From Sphagnum compactum (lineage: Eukaryota): a DNA stretch of 64,000 nt. Position 1 is the stretch's first letter, and the number at the start of each line of letters is the position of its first letter. The stretch is taken from NCBI GenBank assembly GCA_965153455.1, contig OZ234493.1, positions 31,610,213-31,674,212 of the forward strand, given 5' to 3'. The notes beneath the pieces were generated by a model that was not told where the DNA came from, did not search any database, and saw only the letters and a list, made by a program, of their open reading frames with translations. This document shows positions 12,865 through 27,100 of this stretch, in pieces. A program made the position numbers and the translations under genes.

Positions 12865-15800
12865 TTAGCAATCCGCTGATTTGGCCATGTCCTGCTGCTT
12901 AAGATACTGAGCTAGGTCGGTTTCAGTCATGTATGTGTACTTGTATGTGAAGCCCTCAGGTTCCCAAGGAGGAGCTCCATCAGCTCCTGTACCTGTGACC
13001 TCAACTGGTTCTGCTTTTGGAATTTTCGGAAGATGTTCTGTTGTGGGTCTTACAGCAGCAAGACAAGTCATTTGAGGTTCACACTTCGGCACCTTCAGGG
13101 GGAGGACTTGTTTTCCTTCACTTGTTCCATTGGACATCAAAGGTCGTCTCTCTGAAGCCAAGCTTCGGGTTGAGCTTTTGGGATCTGGGGCACCGACATT
13201 ACCAGCATCCACTTGCAATCTCTGCTCCATCCTTCCCTGCTGAGATTTGGCTTTGCACTTCAACAGTGCTGAGTAAATTGCTTTTGTGGCTAGTTTTCTC
13301 AGTTGCTTTGTTGACACCTTTGAATCCAGCATCTGAGAACCACCGTTCTGCAGCTGGGAACCTGTTGCTGTAGCGCTGCCTGTTTCTTGGTTATGGTTTT
13401 CAAGGTTTGGCAGATTCATTTTTTCTGTTGCTCTTCTCAAGCCCATTGGCATTTCTGGTGTATATGGCTTTGGGTGCCTGTTGATTTGGTAATGTGTCCG
13501 CCAGTCATCAGGCCTGCAACTGGAGCCACCTTCGAGATCCACAACCCTGAAAATATGGACTCGGAAGACTGGGTTTTCTGGATTCCAGCTAAGGAACTCA
13601 AACACACAGACATCACCTTCCTCTAAGCAATGGGAGAGGGAAAAGCGCTTAAACGATTTCAAAAGCTTGGCCCGCTCGTTGACAGTCCATCGGGCCTTGA
13701 ATTTCTGGCCATGTACATCCAGAAGGGTAATTGTCACATGCTTTTGGGGGAGCAAGTCCTTGAAAGCGTTTGGCAATGTCTGCAAGAAACAGATACAAAC
13801 TGATACATATCAGCAGCATTTCACACAGTATCCATGCTAGGTGAATTAGCCAAACCTAGCAAACCCTAAATCCTAAACCCAAGACACCAACCCTGCATGC
13901 CCTTGTTTTGGAAACACCACTCTTAATCAAACCACACCCAAGAGGCCGTTCCTCCCTCTACACGACATGCCCTTCTCAAAGACATCACCTTCTTAATTGA
14001 CCTAGCCCTCTAGATGTTTCAGAACATGGTTAAGAAAAGAGAGCTTTCACTGAAATCTAGGAGTCATTCCTTTGTCCAAATTCAATGCAAATATCCAAGT
14101 AGAATAACCCTAAACTCACCACAATAAAATGGCGGTATACAGATGAGTTTGTCAGCACCACAACAGCACTTGGGTTTGCCGTCTTGAGAGCACGTGCAGC
14201 TGTTTCAGCCTGTCTCCTCTCCTTCTCTGTAACAGGGCGTCGAAGAGACAAAAATGATGTCTTCCCACCCTTTTGCAACATTGGGGACTTATAAGCTTCT
14301 GGCTGCCTTTCTCGAGGCATCTGCTCACTTCGGAAGCTTGCACACAGAGCATTCTTTTGAGTTGTCAGATTGTTAGCAAGTCCTCTGGATTTCAATGCTC
14401 TTGGAGGGCTATCTGGGTCATCCTCCATAACAATTGGGGAAATGTGAATGAGAAGAGTCAATTGTTTTGAATCAATCAACTCAAATACACACACATCGCC
14501 CTCTTCTAGTTTATGATCAGTCACGAACCTCTTCCATCCTGCACTGAACCGCTTTCCTCCAGCATTTACTAGCCACTTTGCTGGCCACTTCTGTCCAGCT
14601 GGGTCCTTCAGGATCGCATCTGTTGTTTTGTCTGGCATCTCCTTTAGTGATATAGGCTGAAGATACAATGGAATACCAATAATCTCAACTTCACCAGACA
14701 TTGATCCAGTACAGATGATGATCTCAAATGTTCCAGTACAAGTTTAGGGATTTGTATTGGATCAGCAGTTTCAGATGGTACCAACCAGATGCAGACCCAA
14801 CACAACCATGCAGCATCAGTACTCACTGCAAACCACAATGTAAAAAAGAAGGAAGAGTATATGGAGGAAATGATGAAATTTACCATTGAAAAGCCTGCAC
14901 AAACATGTGAAGGCTTCATAGTAACCAAGACACTGGGCTGTTTTGTCTGAATGGCATTTGCAGCCTCCCATGCCTTTTCCCTTTCCACTTCTGTGGGTGG
15001 TCGCCTTCGGGTTCGTGAAATTTTGCCAGATAGTCTTGTCTTACTACTAGGAAGTTTTTCTTGGTCTTGCACAGATGACCCACCCGCTTCTCCAAAACCT
15101 TCACCAAAATTAACATAACTGCTTTTCCGGAAAAAATGGACTTGAAGTGCAATCTCGTTGGGATTTTTGAGCTCAAAGACAAGAACATCGCCTTCTTCCA
15201 GGCCTTGCTCAATTGCAAATCTTTTCCACCCACCTGCAAGAGTTGTATTACTCATACATGGTTTCGATGTAACAGACCACCTATTGTCATCCGCATCCAC
15301 CAGCTGTATTTCAGCTTTCTGCTTCGGGAACCATTTTTTTGCAAAATCTTTGGGAAAGTACTACACCCCCACAAAAACATCCATACCCCAAAAAAGTCAC
15401 AACACACAAAAAATATCCAAAGCAGGAATTGAGCACAAAAGTTTTAGGGAAAGGGTCTTTCTGGGGTAAAGCAAAGACCTTTTCCATATGGCATTACAAG
15501 GACAGACATGCCACTCACCACACTGTTGTTCACAATGGCACTCCGGTTCACAACAAGAACTGTGCTTGGATTTTTGGACTTAAATGCATTAGCAGATTGT
15601 AAAGCTGCAAGTGTTGTTGTATCCATTTTCTGCAGGCTTCCTGAGAGTTTCTGGCTCCCTGTCACTGAAACTTCTTGTGGCAATCCATCACTGATACTGA
15701 AAGGACTATTTTCCATACATGCTTGAGAACCATTCATGCGAGAGTGTGGAGGAGTTGATGATTCATTTTCCTCAATTTTCTTCTTGTTTTCGGTATCAGA

Positions 15801-16830
15801 AACACCTCTGTTGCTACTACGAGGAGCCATACTTACTAGAGGTTCTTCCTCAACGTCCATCATACTCTTGGCATCCTCCTCTCGATCCTGACAATCTTTG
15901 AGTGTTTCTCCACTAGTTGTACAATGCTTCTTGGCATTTTGTAATAGGAATGGCTCCCCTTGACCTGCAGATTTTCTCTTCACACCACCTTTCATTTCTG
16001 TACGTGTAGGTGTCTTTACATGGGGAGATGGTTTTTTCTCCCCAGCAGATTGCATATGTGCAGGAGACACCCAATTCCCATCATCACCCACCTGGAGATT
16101 GTCCAATTTCTCACTTCCACCACCAGCAGTCATGGAAGGTGCAGAAAGCGGTTTTTCACACCCTGTTTTGTTGAAGATTTTGACAGTGAAGTAGGAATCA
16201 GCAATAAGAGTGCAAAGAATGTAGTCATCAACTTCAATGTTATGGTGGCGGAGAAATTGTCTCCATCCGGCACGTGCAAACCCAAAATGCTGATCATGTG
16301 AAAGACCCACGTCTATGGTATACCCCCCAGGCCCTTGCAGAACCACATTGTCTCCAACTCTGTAGCCATACTCTTCCATAAATATGATTGGAATCCGCTG
16401 CAGACCACAGCGTACATGAAGAAACATCAGCTGATTTTTCTTTGCAAAAACCCTCTTAACCAAATGAACAACAGACATGCCTACCTTAACAGTGTGGGTA
16501 GGAATGTCTGTCTGGCTCTAAATTTCTAGCACTATTGGCAGTGTATAGAGTGTGAGCATCATGGGGGGGTTGATGATTACAGGCATATCATAAACACGGG
16601 TTTAGGGTTACCATGAAGTTCTTCTTGATGTGGCTCATTCTAATGAGCTTCCAAAAGGAGGGTGTGCTCCTGGTTTGTTCCCCCACCTCCTCAGCTTTAC
16701 CATGAATTTCACGACATTTACAGGCGCAGATTCTGCATGCCCTGAACTCATCCCCATCAGCTGGGACGCCCTGCCCCTCCACCATTCTGTCTCCCAAGTT
16801 TTTGAAGCTTTTGTCTGATGATCGTATCAT
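12865..16830 (-). CDS. REM/VRN1-type B3-domain transcription factor with four B3 domains (~1008 aa). Predicted exons 16830-16612, 16397-15519, 15360-14884, 14656-14120, 13779-12865
   Basis: B3 signatures GWRQFLRHHNIEVDDYILCTL, GWKRFAIEQGLEEGDVLVFEL, GWKRFVTDHKLEEGDVCVFEL and FKRFSLSHCLEEGDVCVFEF. The GT-AG junctions I traced are all phase 0 and keep the frame open. Confidence 0.9.
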
Positions 16831-18348
16831 TCGGTTGGTAAACCAACGAAACCCAAGAGTTCTTCCACTATAGCAAGCACCTGCCAGTCACACCACACAC
16901 AGAAGATGATCCCAAACCCATTATGCACGTTATGATTCCAAATTTTTGAATCGAAAGCTCAACCAGACATTCCAAAAGACGGGTTGTTGCATCCCTGAAC
17001 AGATGCTGATCTACAACAACTCTGAACTTGTTGTAAAAGGGAAAATTCAAGATTTTGCAAAATTGTAATCCCAAAGGGGTTGGTTGTCTAGTGGGCTGTT
17101 CAAAGACAGAGCTTGCTCCAACCTCACAGGGTGGGTTGTGACAACAAAGAATGAATTGCATCCCAATTTGCATCCAGGACTCTACACTGTAACCCCGAAC
17201 CCTACGCTATATGTACTACAAAAACCACAAAATTTGTGATTCAGTACTACTGAGAACAGAAGACTAAACCAAAGGATTCAGATGCTACTGATATTGATTG
17301 ATATTGGTATCTGCTTGTTTCAATATCATAATTTGGCACTTGAGGGCAAAACTTTCATCAACTTCTTCTTCTGTTTCTGATTGGACTAGAGATGTGAGGT
17401 TGTCCTCCTGACCATCCTACTACTTCTTCCATGCTCAAGGTAGGTTTGTTCCTACAAAAACATTGTCAACAAGAAGAACTGAATTTTAGAACAACCCAAC
17501 TGTTTCAAACCATTCAGGGTTCAAAAATGGGCTTCCACTGTTGCTAAAACCCCAAGAAATCTCACCAGCTTTGCTTTGCTTTGCTTTGTCTTGAAGATGC
17601 TTATAATTCCCCCAAATCCCCCCCCCACCCACCCACCAAAATCTGTTTCAATACCTGCATCTGACAAGCACCCAAAACCTCTTCTTCACATCAGCAGCAG
17701 CAGCAGCAGCTGAGAGAGAGACTCACACATGCTGCTCACATCTTGAGAAGCCTTGGAAAAACCCATAGCCTCTACTAACTAACTAACTAACTAACAGACC
17801 AGTCCTGGAAGAAGCAGTAGTGGAAGAACGACGACTAACAGGGCTGAGAGTCTGAAGAAAACCCAATTGGGGGAGAACTTCCACGATATCAAACTCCAAG
17901 AGCAAAAATGAGGAACAAAGTTCACTTACAGTTGCAGCAATAATGCAGAAGAAGAAGAAGAAGAAGAAGAAAAAGAGAAAGAAGCTGAAAAACAATCCAA
18001 GAACGAGAGCTATGGTCGAAGACCACCATCTTCTTCGTCTGGAGCTACATTGACTCAAAGCTTCTTCAAGTGCAATAGGCAGCAAGCGAGCTTGGATTTG
18101 GTGGCAGGGAAGGGAGAGGGAGCGAGACCAGTGAACTCTGCAGTTGGCCCTGGAACCCTAATCTATGGATTTGTGTGTATGTGTGTGTGTGTTTTTATTT
18201 TCCCTTTCCTGGGGCTCTGCCCTTCATTCAGGGCAGAGACCAGACCCAGTTAATGAAGGTCAAGAACTCTCTCTAGAGACATTGCAATGCCCTCAAAAAT
18301 GGTCCAAAGTTTGGTATCCCTCGCCAGAGTGAACCAGCAGCCACCAAT

Positions 18349-18684
18349 GCACTAGTTGGCCGTTCTGTCCACTGGATGGGTTGCGTTTTTTCATTTGGCG
18401 TCAGATGGGGTTCATCGCAGTCCATTTCTTTTGCACTAGTTGGCCGTTCTGTCCACTGGATGGGCTGCGTTTTTTCATTTGGCGTCAGATGGGGTTCATC
18501 GCAGTCCATTTCTTTTGCACTAGTTGGCCGTTCTGTCCACTGGATGGGCTGCGTTTTTTCATTTGGCGTCAAATGGGGTTCATCGCAGTCCATTTCTTTT
18601 GCACTAGTTGGCCGTTCTGTCCATTGGATGGGCTGCGTTTTTTCATTTGGCGTCAGATGGGGTTCATCGCAGTCCATTTCTTTT
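18349..18684. repeat. 84-bp tandem repeat, 4 nearly identical copies
   Basis: GCACTAGTTGGCCGTTCTGTCCACTGGATGGG... at 18349, 18433, 18517 and 18601. Confidence 0.95.
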
Positions 18685-20821
18685 CGTTGCTTGCTGATCA
18701 TTGTACTTTTTTTTTTTTGGGTTTGTTTTTTGTTGTTTTTTACCTGGATCTGACCTCACACATAGCTACCCTGCTCACCTTGCTACCCTCATAAGTATTG
18801 TACCAACCTTTGGTACCTTACTAATTATCCCCTGTTGACATAGCTACCTTAATAACTAGTTATCCTAGTGACCTAACTACTATACTAATTATCTACCCTA
18901 CTAACCTAACTACCCTGTTAACTGCATACCCTACTGACTTAATTTCCTTACTAACCTAATCATTGTATTAACTACCTACCTTACTGACCTAATTATATTA
19001 TTGTTTAGTAACCCTATAAACGCAACCACCCTATTGACATAAATACTCTACAAACCTAGTCACCTTGATAAGGTATCTTGTTTCCTACGTACTAACTTGC
19101 CTATCTACCTAGCTACCTTGCTAGTGTAACTTTTTTTCTACCTATTCACATGCCTACCTACATGCTCACCTACTCTAATAACCTATTTACCTTGCTTTTT
19201 GAACTTCCTTTCTACTTACTAACCTACCTATTAACCCAACTACCTACCTATATACCTATTTACCTACCTACTCTAGCAACCTATCTACCTTGCTCCTTGA
19301 ACTTCCTTTCTACTTACTAACTTGCTTACTAACCCAACTACCTACTTATATACCTATTTACCTACCTATGCACCCAGCTTCCTACCTACCACTATGTTCA
19401 CCTACCTACCTATGTCTTTTACATAGTCAAATATCTAACTAATTACTTACTCGCTTTTCCCACCCCCCTAACCCCCAATCCTACTTATCAATTTATTAAA
19501 GTTCACCCTAGTTCATGGATGATGAACATAGGTCCCCATATGTAGGTATTACAGACATTTATAATGGAAACAATGTAATAATTGCAACCATTTTGGTTTA
19601 GTTAATGCATATTTTATTAAATTTTGTTTATCTAATTTATTTATGGAATGGACATTACAATACATTTTTTCATGTAATTATTATAAGTATGTATTATTGG
19701 ATTATGGTTTAGGTTTAAAGTTGGGACACGTAAATTAGTTAACAAGTTTTTCAGAAATCTATAGTAATTAACCTAAACTAGGCTAAATTGGGCGGGGGGG
19801 GGGGGGGATTTTAGGGTTTAAACATATGTGAAGTAATACAATTTCATTTTATATCTTTTTCAAAGAGAGTGGAAGAAATTAGTTTGGAGAGATCACACAA
19901 AGGTAAAAGACATTTTATTTTTTTGGCTTTTTACAAAATTTATTTGATTGTTTTTTAATATTAAGGTTTTTTTTTGGTGAGTAAATCTTTGCAGTTTAAC
20001 AGTTTTAAAATTTGGTTTCTAAATTTTTTCCTATGTTTTTTTAAATTTTTTTGTCTTGCATTATATAATTTGTATACTTTGTATAGTTTTTTGGATTTAG
20101 GGCATGTATCATTAGGAATTTTTTTTGTTAGGGTTGTAATAGGGCTTATAGCAAAATATCATTTGAATTTTTAGAGTTATGCCTTATGATTTAATGTTTA
20201 AGAATTTGGTTCATATATATCAAAGTTTAAGGTTTATACTCTAGACTTTGCTCATTGTATTGATTTCTTAATATATCATTTGTTTAAATCTATAACATAA
20301 TTATGAATCTCCTTTGTTTCCATATGTTCCATACTTGTTAAAGTTCAATATTTCCTAACCCATTATTGTTTAAATGTAATACCCATATCATATTGTGATA
20401 ATTCATTAACCATGAAACATAAAAACATTTTTTTAATATTTGATTCCCCGCCAATACATCATGAAATTCATGTTTTCAACATTATTTATTCATTTTATAA
20501 TATGATTTAACATATATAAAAATGAACATAATGCAAAATTGGTCACATTGATGATATAAGGGGTTAAAGTTTAATGTAAAATTTACTATTTCATGTTAGA
20601 ATTATGGTTTAGGTTTAGAATTTAGGACATATAAATTAATTAACATTTTTTTTACAAGTCTATAATAATTAAAATAAATCTAGGGTACATTTTGGGCGGA
20701 ATTTTTAAGGCTTAAACATATGTAAAACAATGTAATGTCATTTTAAATTTTTTAAAGAAAGTGAAAGAACTTAACTTGGAAATATTACCAAATGGTAATA
20801 GATATATATATTTTTGTGTTT

Positions 20822-21110
20822 CCCTAAATGCAATACCCATATTCAAGTTCGTTTGATATAACCTTTAGGTGATTTAGGTAACTTGAAGTGTAGACCCAAC
20901 CCTAAATGCAATACCCACATATAAGGTCATTTCGAAATAACCAGTATGTAGTTTGGGTGGCATTTAATGAAAACCAAAACTTATATACAATACCTGCATG
21001 CAAGTTCATTTTGAAATAATCCATAAATGATTTAGACAAACCTTAAATGAATAATCAACCCTAAATGCAATACCCACATGTAAGGTCACTTCAAAATAAG
21101 TGGTTTGGGT
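20822..21110. repeat. Degenerate repeat with CCCTAAATGCAATACCCA core (3-4 copies) inside the Mutator-like element
   Basis: Core seen at about 20822, 20900 and 21059, with a degenerate copy near 20985. Confidence 0.6.
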
Positions 21111-24100
21111 ACCCAAAATATGTGTTTTCACAAACGTAAATTAATTTTATGACAATTAATTATCATGAATAATAATGATTTGAATAACTTATCAACATAA
21201 AAATATATAATTAAAATAATAAATTCAATAATAAATTATTAATTTGATAGCAAGCTGTCGTGGCCTTCTTCGTTGCAATAGTAGCACAAAAAAAGATAAG
21301 AAAGGGAGGTAGGTAAGAGGGAGGTAGGAGGGGGGGGGAGGTAGGTAGGAAATAAAAACGTGAAAGAAGAAGACGATGGCATCTTCTTCTTCTCAAGCAG
21401 AAAAAAAAGAAAAACAAACATTGAGACAAAAAAATGCAAAGAAAGGAGGGAGCTTACCTTTCTTTCTCACTTTTGCGTTTGGGATGAAGTGCTCCTCTTG
21501 CCTTTTTCTCTTCACGTTCTTGCAATGTTGAGTTCTCCACGTTCCTACAATGTTGAGCTCTCCACCTTCCTCAAGCCTTGTGTCGTGAAGCTTTGTGCGG
21601 CTCAAGCTCAGGAGCTCTACTGAGCTTTCAAGATGGAATGAGTGGGAAATGAGGTGAGGGAGGTAGGAGGGTGAGGGGTAGGTAGGAGGGGGGGAAGCTA
21701 GGTAAAAGGGGAAAATTTTGGGGCAGAGAAGGGGGCTGAAAAATCCCTGGGCAAGGGAAGAGGATGGGTTTTTGGTTCATCCACAAAATGGGTTGAACGG
21801 CCTCATCCTCGACTGATGCATTGGTGGCTGCTGGTTAGCCGGTATCCCTGCTTTGCTTTCTAAGGTCATGATGTGGGATCCACTTGGGCTTGACCATGCT
21901 AACCACCATGTATTTCTAGTCGAGTAGAGTTATCCGAGTAAAGTCACCCTGTCTTCACCCTCTCTTTGAGCCTCCTTTCATCCCCTATCCCTTCTTTCAG
22001 TGGTAGCCGCAAAGTAAGGAAATTTTATTAAATCTCAATATGAAATGCTGAAACTCAGCATTTAATTCACGAGGTTCGAGACTAATTATAGCAGTTGTAC
22101 AGGTAGGAGCAGTGAAATATATATAGCAGCAGCTGAGGCGATCAGGAAGAAGGAAAGTCAGGATGAAACTCAGTTTATCACAAAAGATGTTGGTTTTTTG
22201 GGGTTTACCCCTTTGTATGCTAATGTACTTTTTTGCAGGGTCTTTTTTTTTTAAATCTCACCCCGTGTATAAAACCAAACTCAGGGTTCTGGTGCTGTGT
22301 TTTCCTTACTTTATGGATAACTCTAGTATGTTGAATATTTCTCATCCTTATTATCGATGTCTTTGAAAGGGCATTGAAAGCCATTATTATTATTATGTGA
22401 CGATCCGATTGGTTTTCTTCTTCAAACTTGTGAGGTAGGTGGGTTGGTGAGCATCGACAAGAGCACTCAAACCAAATTTTCTGGCTGCATGTTGTTGGAA
22501 CCTAGTGTCCAAAAGATGATGACTTCGGGAAAAGAAAATTCTTGCATAATGGGCCCAAAAAAAGGCCTTTGTATCATCATCACCTCTACTTTTATTTTGG
22601 GACCAGAGAGTCCATTAGACGAAAGGAAGATCATGGAGGACAGATTGTCCTCTGGTACTGGCAGGGTTTAGGGTTTAGGGTTTAAGTGCTCAAGGCAGGC
22701 CGGATCCAAGGGGAGGGTCCGATGGTTTTTGGTGTCCAAACAAAACTTGAATCTCTCCTCTTGGCACATCCGATACACTAACAATTGTCAAAATCGGATT
22801 AGAAATGAGAAAGTTACAGCCCCTAAAGTAAAAAGGGGTCAAAAACTCAAAAAAAAAAAACAAACCACCAAACATTACAAAGGCTGGTTCCTGAAAAACA
22901 TCATCAAAAAAAAATAAATTCTTGCATATTGCTGTTGGGATTCAAAGATGATTTGTAGAACTTCAGGTGGCTCTCTCTTAGGGAACTTTAGGGGAACTTT
23001 AAAAATCGTTTAAAATGAATAAGAAATAAGAAAGTTATGAGATAATATGTATTATGAGAATTATGATGATGAGAATCAAAGCTCTTGTTGTACTGAAATC
23101 CATATAAGCACAATATTTTGTTGTGCACTCTGATGGGATTTTGCTAGATTGCTCGACAGCGCAAGGGAAAGATCGTTCATGATGATTTTTGCAAAGCAGT
23201 TTTAAGCTAGAACACTTTTGACACAGCTGACCGTAAGCAATTTGTAGCTGCAAATGGAAAAAAATGCTACATCTGGGTGGGTTCATGAGCAAAATTTACT
23301 TTCCAGTCTCTGTGCCAAGCACTGATTTTGGTTCACAAGATGTGTTGCAAGGTTTGACAAACTCTGTGCCTGAGTCATGCAGTGAAGTCGAGAGACATCA
23401 AGATAGATCTCAGTAAAGACTTGCCCAATGACACTCGGTAAGACATTCGGGAATCTGAGCACAACGAGTACCAGGGGAAAAGACACACTCTTGTGTGTAA
23501 ATTGTCCCTGCTTTCTCAATTGCTTAGACAAAGTCTCTCTATTCTACTTGTGCAGTTGTTCTGAATTAACAATTGTTGCAAAGATACAACAAGAGAGGAC
23601 AATTGCAGAATTCATACCTGTCTGAGAAAGCAGAAACCAAAATGCATGTGACATTTTACCTGGCTGCAGCTGCGGTGTTAAAAGTCCCCTCTTATCATCT
23701 AAAGACAACCAAGACTCTGCTGGTTCTTTGCAGACAATCACAGGATGCAAGAAGACAATAGGCACTGCTACTACTACTACTACTGTGGCCAGAACAATGC
23801 CAGACAAAACACCAAAGTTGGGAAAAAAGTTTAGAGAGACGGTTTGAGAGTATCACAGCTCTTCTTGCTGATACCTCTTACAACCTTTCTTTTCACAGGT
23901 GCAGAAGAATAGGTAAATGATTCTTCTTCTTCTTCTTCTTCTTCTTCTTGTTACAGATTTTGTAACAATTTCTCCGTGTAACGATTTTGTACAGCGCTAC
24001 AAAATAGTTGGCCAAGCAAGGATTTTGATAAATTTGTGTGCCTAAAGTTGGTAAATCTAGGACTTGGGTAGTATTACAAAGTGAGGAGACTTGAACATGG

Positions 24101-24166
24101 TGACCCAGTTCTTGTATCCCGACAGTTTCTGAGGATCGACCTACCCAGTTTTCCTTCATTTCTTTC

Positions 24167-27100
24167 TTATTGTTCATCCTCAGAATCTGACAAGTAGATG
24201 AGACTGGCAGGCATGGCTGGGTGCATCTCAGTCCCAACCAAGCTGTTGCCTCCCCTTTCACTGCTAGAATTGAGCCCTCCTGCTAATTGAGTACTGCTGT
24301 TATCTGGCATATGATGAGTCTGTTCTCTCAACCTGCTGCTCATCATCACTGCCACTGTTGGAACATGAGTTACTGCTACTTGCAGCATGTTCTTGGATGG
24401 TCGTGTTATCACTGCCACTCCAGCATGACATGAAGGAAGGTTTTCCATTGAACTTGGTGGTGTGTTTGCTTCTGGAGCTGGGTGACTTGAGGTTGTTGCA
24501 CCTGCCACACAAGGAGGTGTTCTGGAGTTGGTGGTGGTGGCTAAGTGTGAAGTTCCCCCAACAAATTGAACTCTGGATGAGCTTCCTGTCGTTTGGAAAA
24601 CAGGAAGTGTGCCAGCAGCTGGTTGTTGTTGTTGAGCCAGTGATCGCATTTTGGCTGCACTTGCACTTGCACGTGCAGCCACACTTCTGGTTTGTTGAGG
24701 CATTGGAGCAACTGTATAAGTCCCTCCTGCTCAGCAAAGACAAAAGAAATTAGCTGCAATATGCAGTAAATCATCCTCTCAACAAAGATACCAAGTCGCA
24801 ATAAAGGATTGGGACCAAAAAAGGTAACGTGGGGGTGGCAATGGACAAAGCATCTTTGACAACAAATGCCATAAGATAGGTGGGTACCTTGAACAACCTC
24901 ATATATATCTCTCTGCACAGAACTAAACCTTTAAGGTACAGAAATTGTGTGTACCTTGAGATGGAGTAGTTGAAGAACCATGCATCGATTGCAAATATAA
25001 GTCCATTTTTGCTATGTCATGCTGCAGCTTCTTCTGCTTCTCAGAAAACAAGTGATGCTCCTCTGTTAACAAGGCCTCGTATCTACGGTGAAGTTGCTCT
25101 GCCTCCTTGTCATATTGTGCTTTGATCCTTTTTGTCTGCAACAATAAAGCACAACTGAATAAGGCAATCAAACTTGCAAAACAGAACACTCGAAGCTGAC
25201 AGCTGGGGGTGTTTACATCCACACTTGGTGAAAAAGTCTAATCTATAGCCAGAAGGCTATGTCAAGCATTGATGTATGGAGAACATCACATATGTCTCCC
25301 TAAACAATAATGGGTTTTCAGACTCTGTGGCAATTGTCAGTAAGCAAATTATGTTTGGAATCAAAGGAGTTTTGAGAAATCATTGGAAAGCCTTTTACCT
25401 CTTCCTGCAAAAGGCCTTTGAGTTTGTTTGCCACTGAGCTTAGCTTTTCTTGCTCTCTAACTAATATTGCTGAGGATGGATGTGATGATGCAGATGCTGC
25501 CACGACCTGCAAACATGGGGACCACAAGAATGTGAGCTTGAAGAATTATTGACACCTGAGTGAGTACAAGAATGAAGGAATGCTTCGATCTTCTGAAGCA
25601 TCTCTAAGACTCTGAGAGGAAGTTGAAAGAACAAACCTTTCAGAGTCTTGGAGACCTTGGATAGAGTCAAAAAGACACAGCACTATCTTGATCAATTTAG
25701 ATACATTGACAGGGACTGTAAAAAAGAGGCGCAAAAATTCACTCCTACCATTGCAATTGATGAAGGGATCAGAGTGCTTGATTCATGAACATGTGTTGGT
25801 GCTGAAATTCCTGGTTCCAGAACTTGACGAGCACTTTCAGATTGGCCAGTTGCAGTGGATGCAGAGGATCGACCCCTTGATACAGGAACAGGTATTGGCA
25901 CTGCAATCCTAGCTTCCAAAACTGGACGAGCATTTTCATAGTGGGTGTTGTTTGCAGCAGATGCAGAGGTTAGACCCCTTGATACGGGAACAGATGCTTC
26001 TGTCACTGCAATCCGGGTGGATTCTGAAGCCAGATGAGAACTTTCATATTGGACTGCTGAAGCTGATACAAGTGTTGGAGCCCTTGGTATGGAAATGGGT
26101 GCTGGAGCTGCAATCCTGGTGGATTCTGAAACCAGATGAGCACTTGCATTTTGGCCAGCTGCAGCTGATACAGGGGTTGGACCCCTGGATACAGGAATGG
26201 GTAATGACAGTGCAATCCTTGATTCTAAACACTGATAAGCTTTTTCATATTGGCCAGAAGGCAGTGAACTGGATGACAAACCTCCTGAAGGTTTGTCACC
26301 ACTCACACCCAGTAGTGTTGGAGGGCAGCTTGATTGTTGCTGCATCTGTTGCTGCCTTTCATTTTGTTCAATTGCCTCATGTGGCAGTGTTACCAGTGAT
26401 GAGGTTGCTGACTGCACTGACAACATTCCCAAAGAGACAGGAGTAGTAGAGAGTAGTGGTGATGGTGTGTTTGTGTCCTGAGAAGAGGCCAAAAGCCGAC
26501 TATAGTAATCACATATAGTCTTAACTTCAGACTCAAGAGCAAAAACATCTGCTGCTGGTACTGCACTCCTGTTGTCCTTTCGGCTTCTCTGCACTGCATG
26601 TAGTTCCTTCAGTTTGCCAAGCTCCATACCATGCCGAAACTCCATCAAATTCCTCTCTTCTGCAAGTCGCTGATTCAATATTCTGACATCAAAATCAGAG
26701 AACTTTTGTAGCTGTTCCAGAATGGGTCCTGGGTCTGCATGCTTCATGACACTTGCAGAGGCCACCTCAAGCTTTCTTCTCATCACCTCCTTCTCCTTTT
26801 CCATTCGTTGGGCAAACCGCTCGGTTTCCTTTGTTTGTCCCTTGACAAGAGCTCTCATGTGTTGCATTTCCACAGTCTGTGCTCTTGGCCACATTCCACT
26901 GATTTGTTCCTCAGGTCTTTCAGACAAGAGAAGCTCAGTTGAGAACATCTGTTTTGGAATCACCAGATTGTAAGTAGTCATTCAATTTCCATGCTTCATA
27001 TTGTTCAAAGGCTAAACCCTAAACCCTAACTGCTTCATTTTCAAGCTCTGGAACAGAAGTTGATGTGAAGACAATGAACTAACTTCAGAGATTTTTTTAT

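Larger units (their letters stand above)
18322..21840. mobile_element. Non-autonomous Mutator-like (TIR) element, ~3.5 kb
   Basis: Perfect 20-bp inverted repeat AACCAGCAGCCACCAATGCA (18332-18351 / 21817-21836). Identical 9-bp flanking direct repeat GGTATCCCT at 18313-18321 and 21841-21849. No transposase ORF inside. Confidence 0.75.

Noticed and set aside
12920-12975. WEPE motif near the B3 protein C-terminus as a chromodomain
   Set aside because: The upstream YLVKW aromatic-cage segment is absent, so the match is too short to call.
18273-18794. ORFs of 125-142 aa with perfect 28-aa repeats; CRISPR-like look
   Set aside because: These are by-products of an 84-bp tandem repeat open in several frames. 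There are no unique spacers, no cas genes, and the context is eukaryotic.
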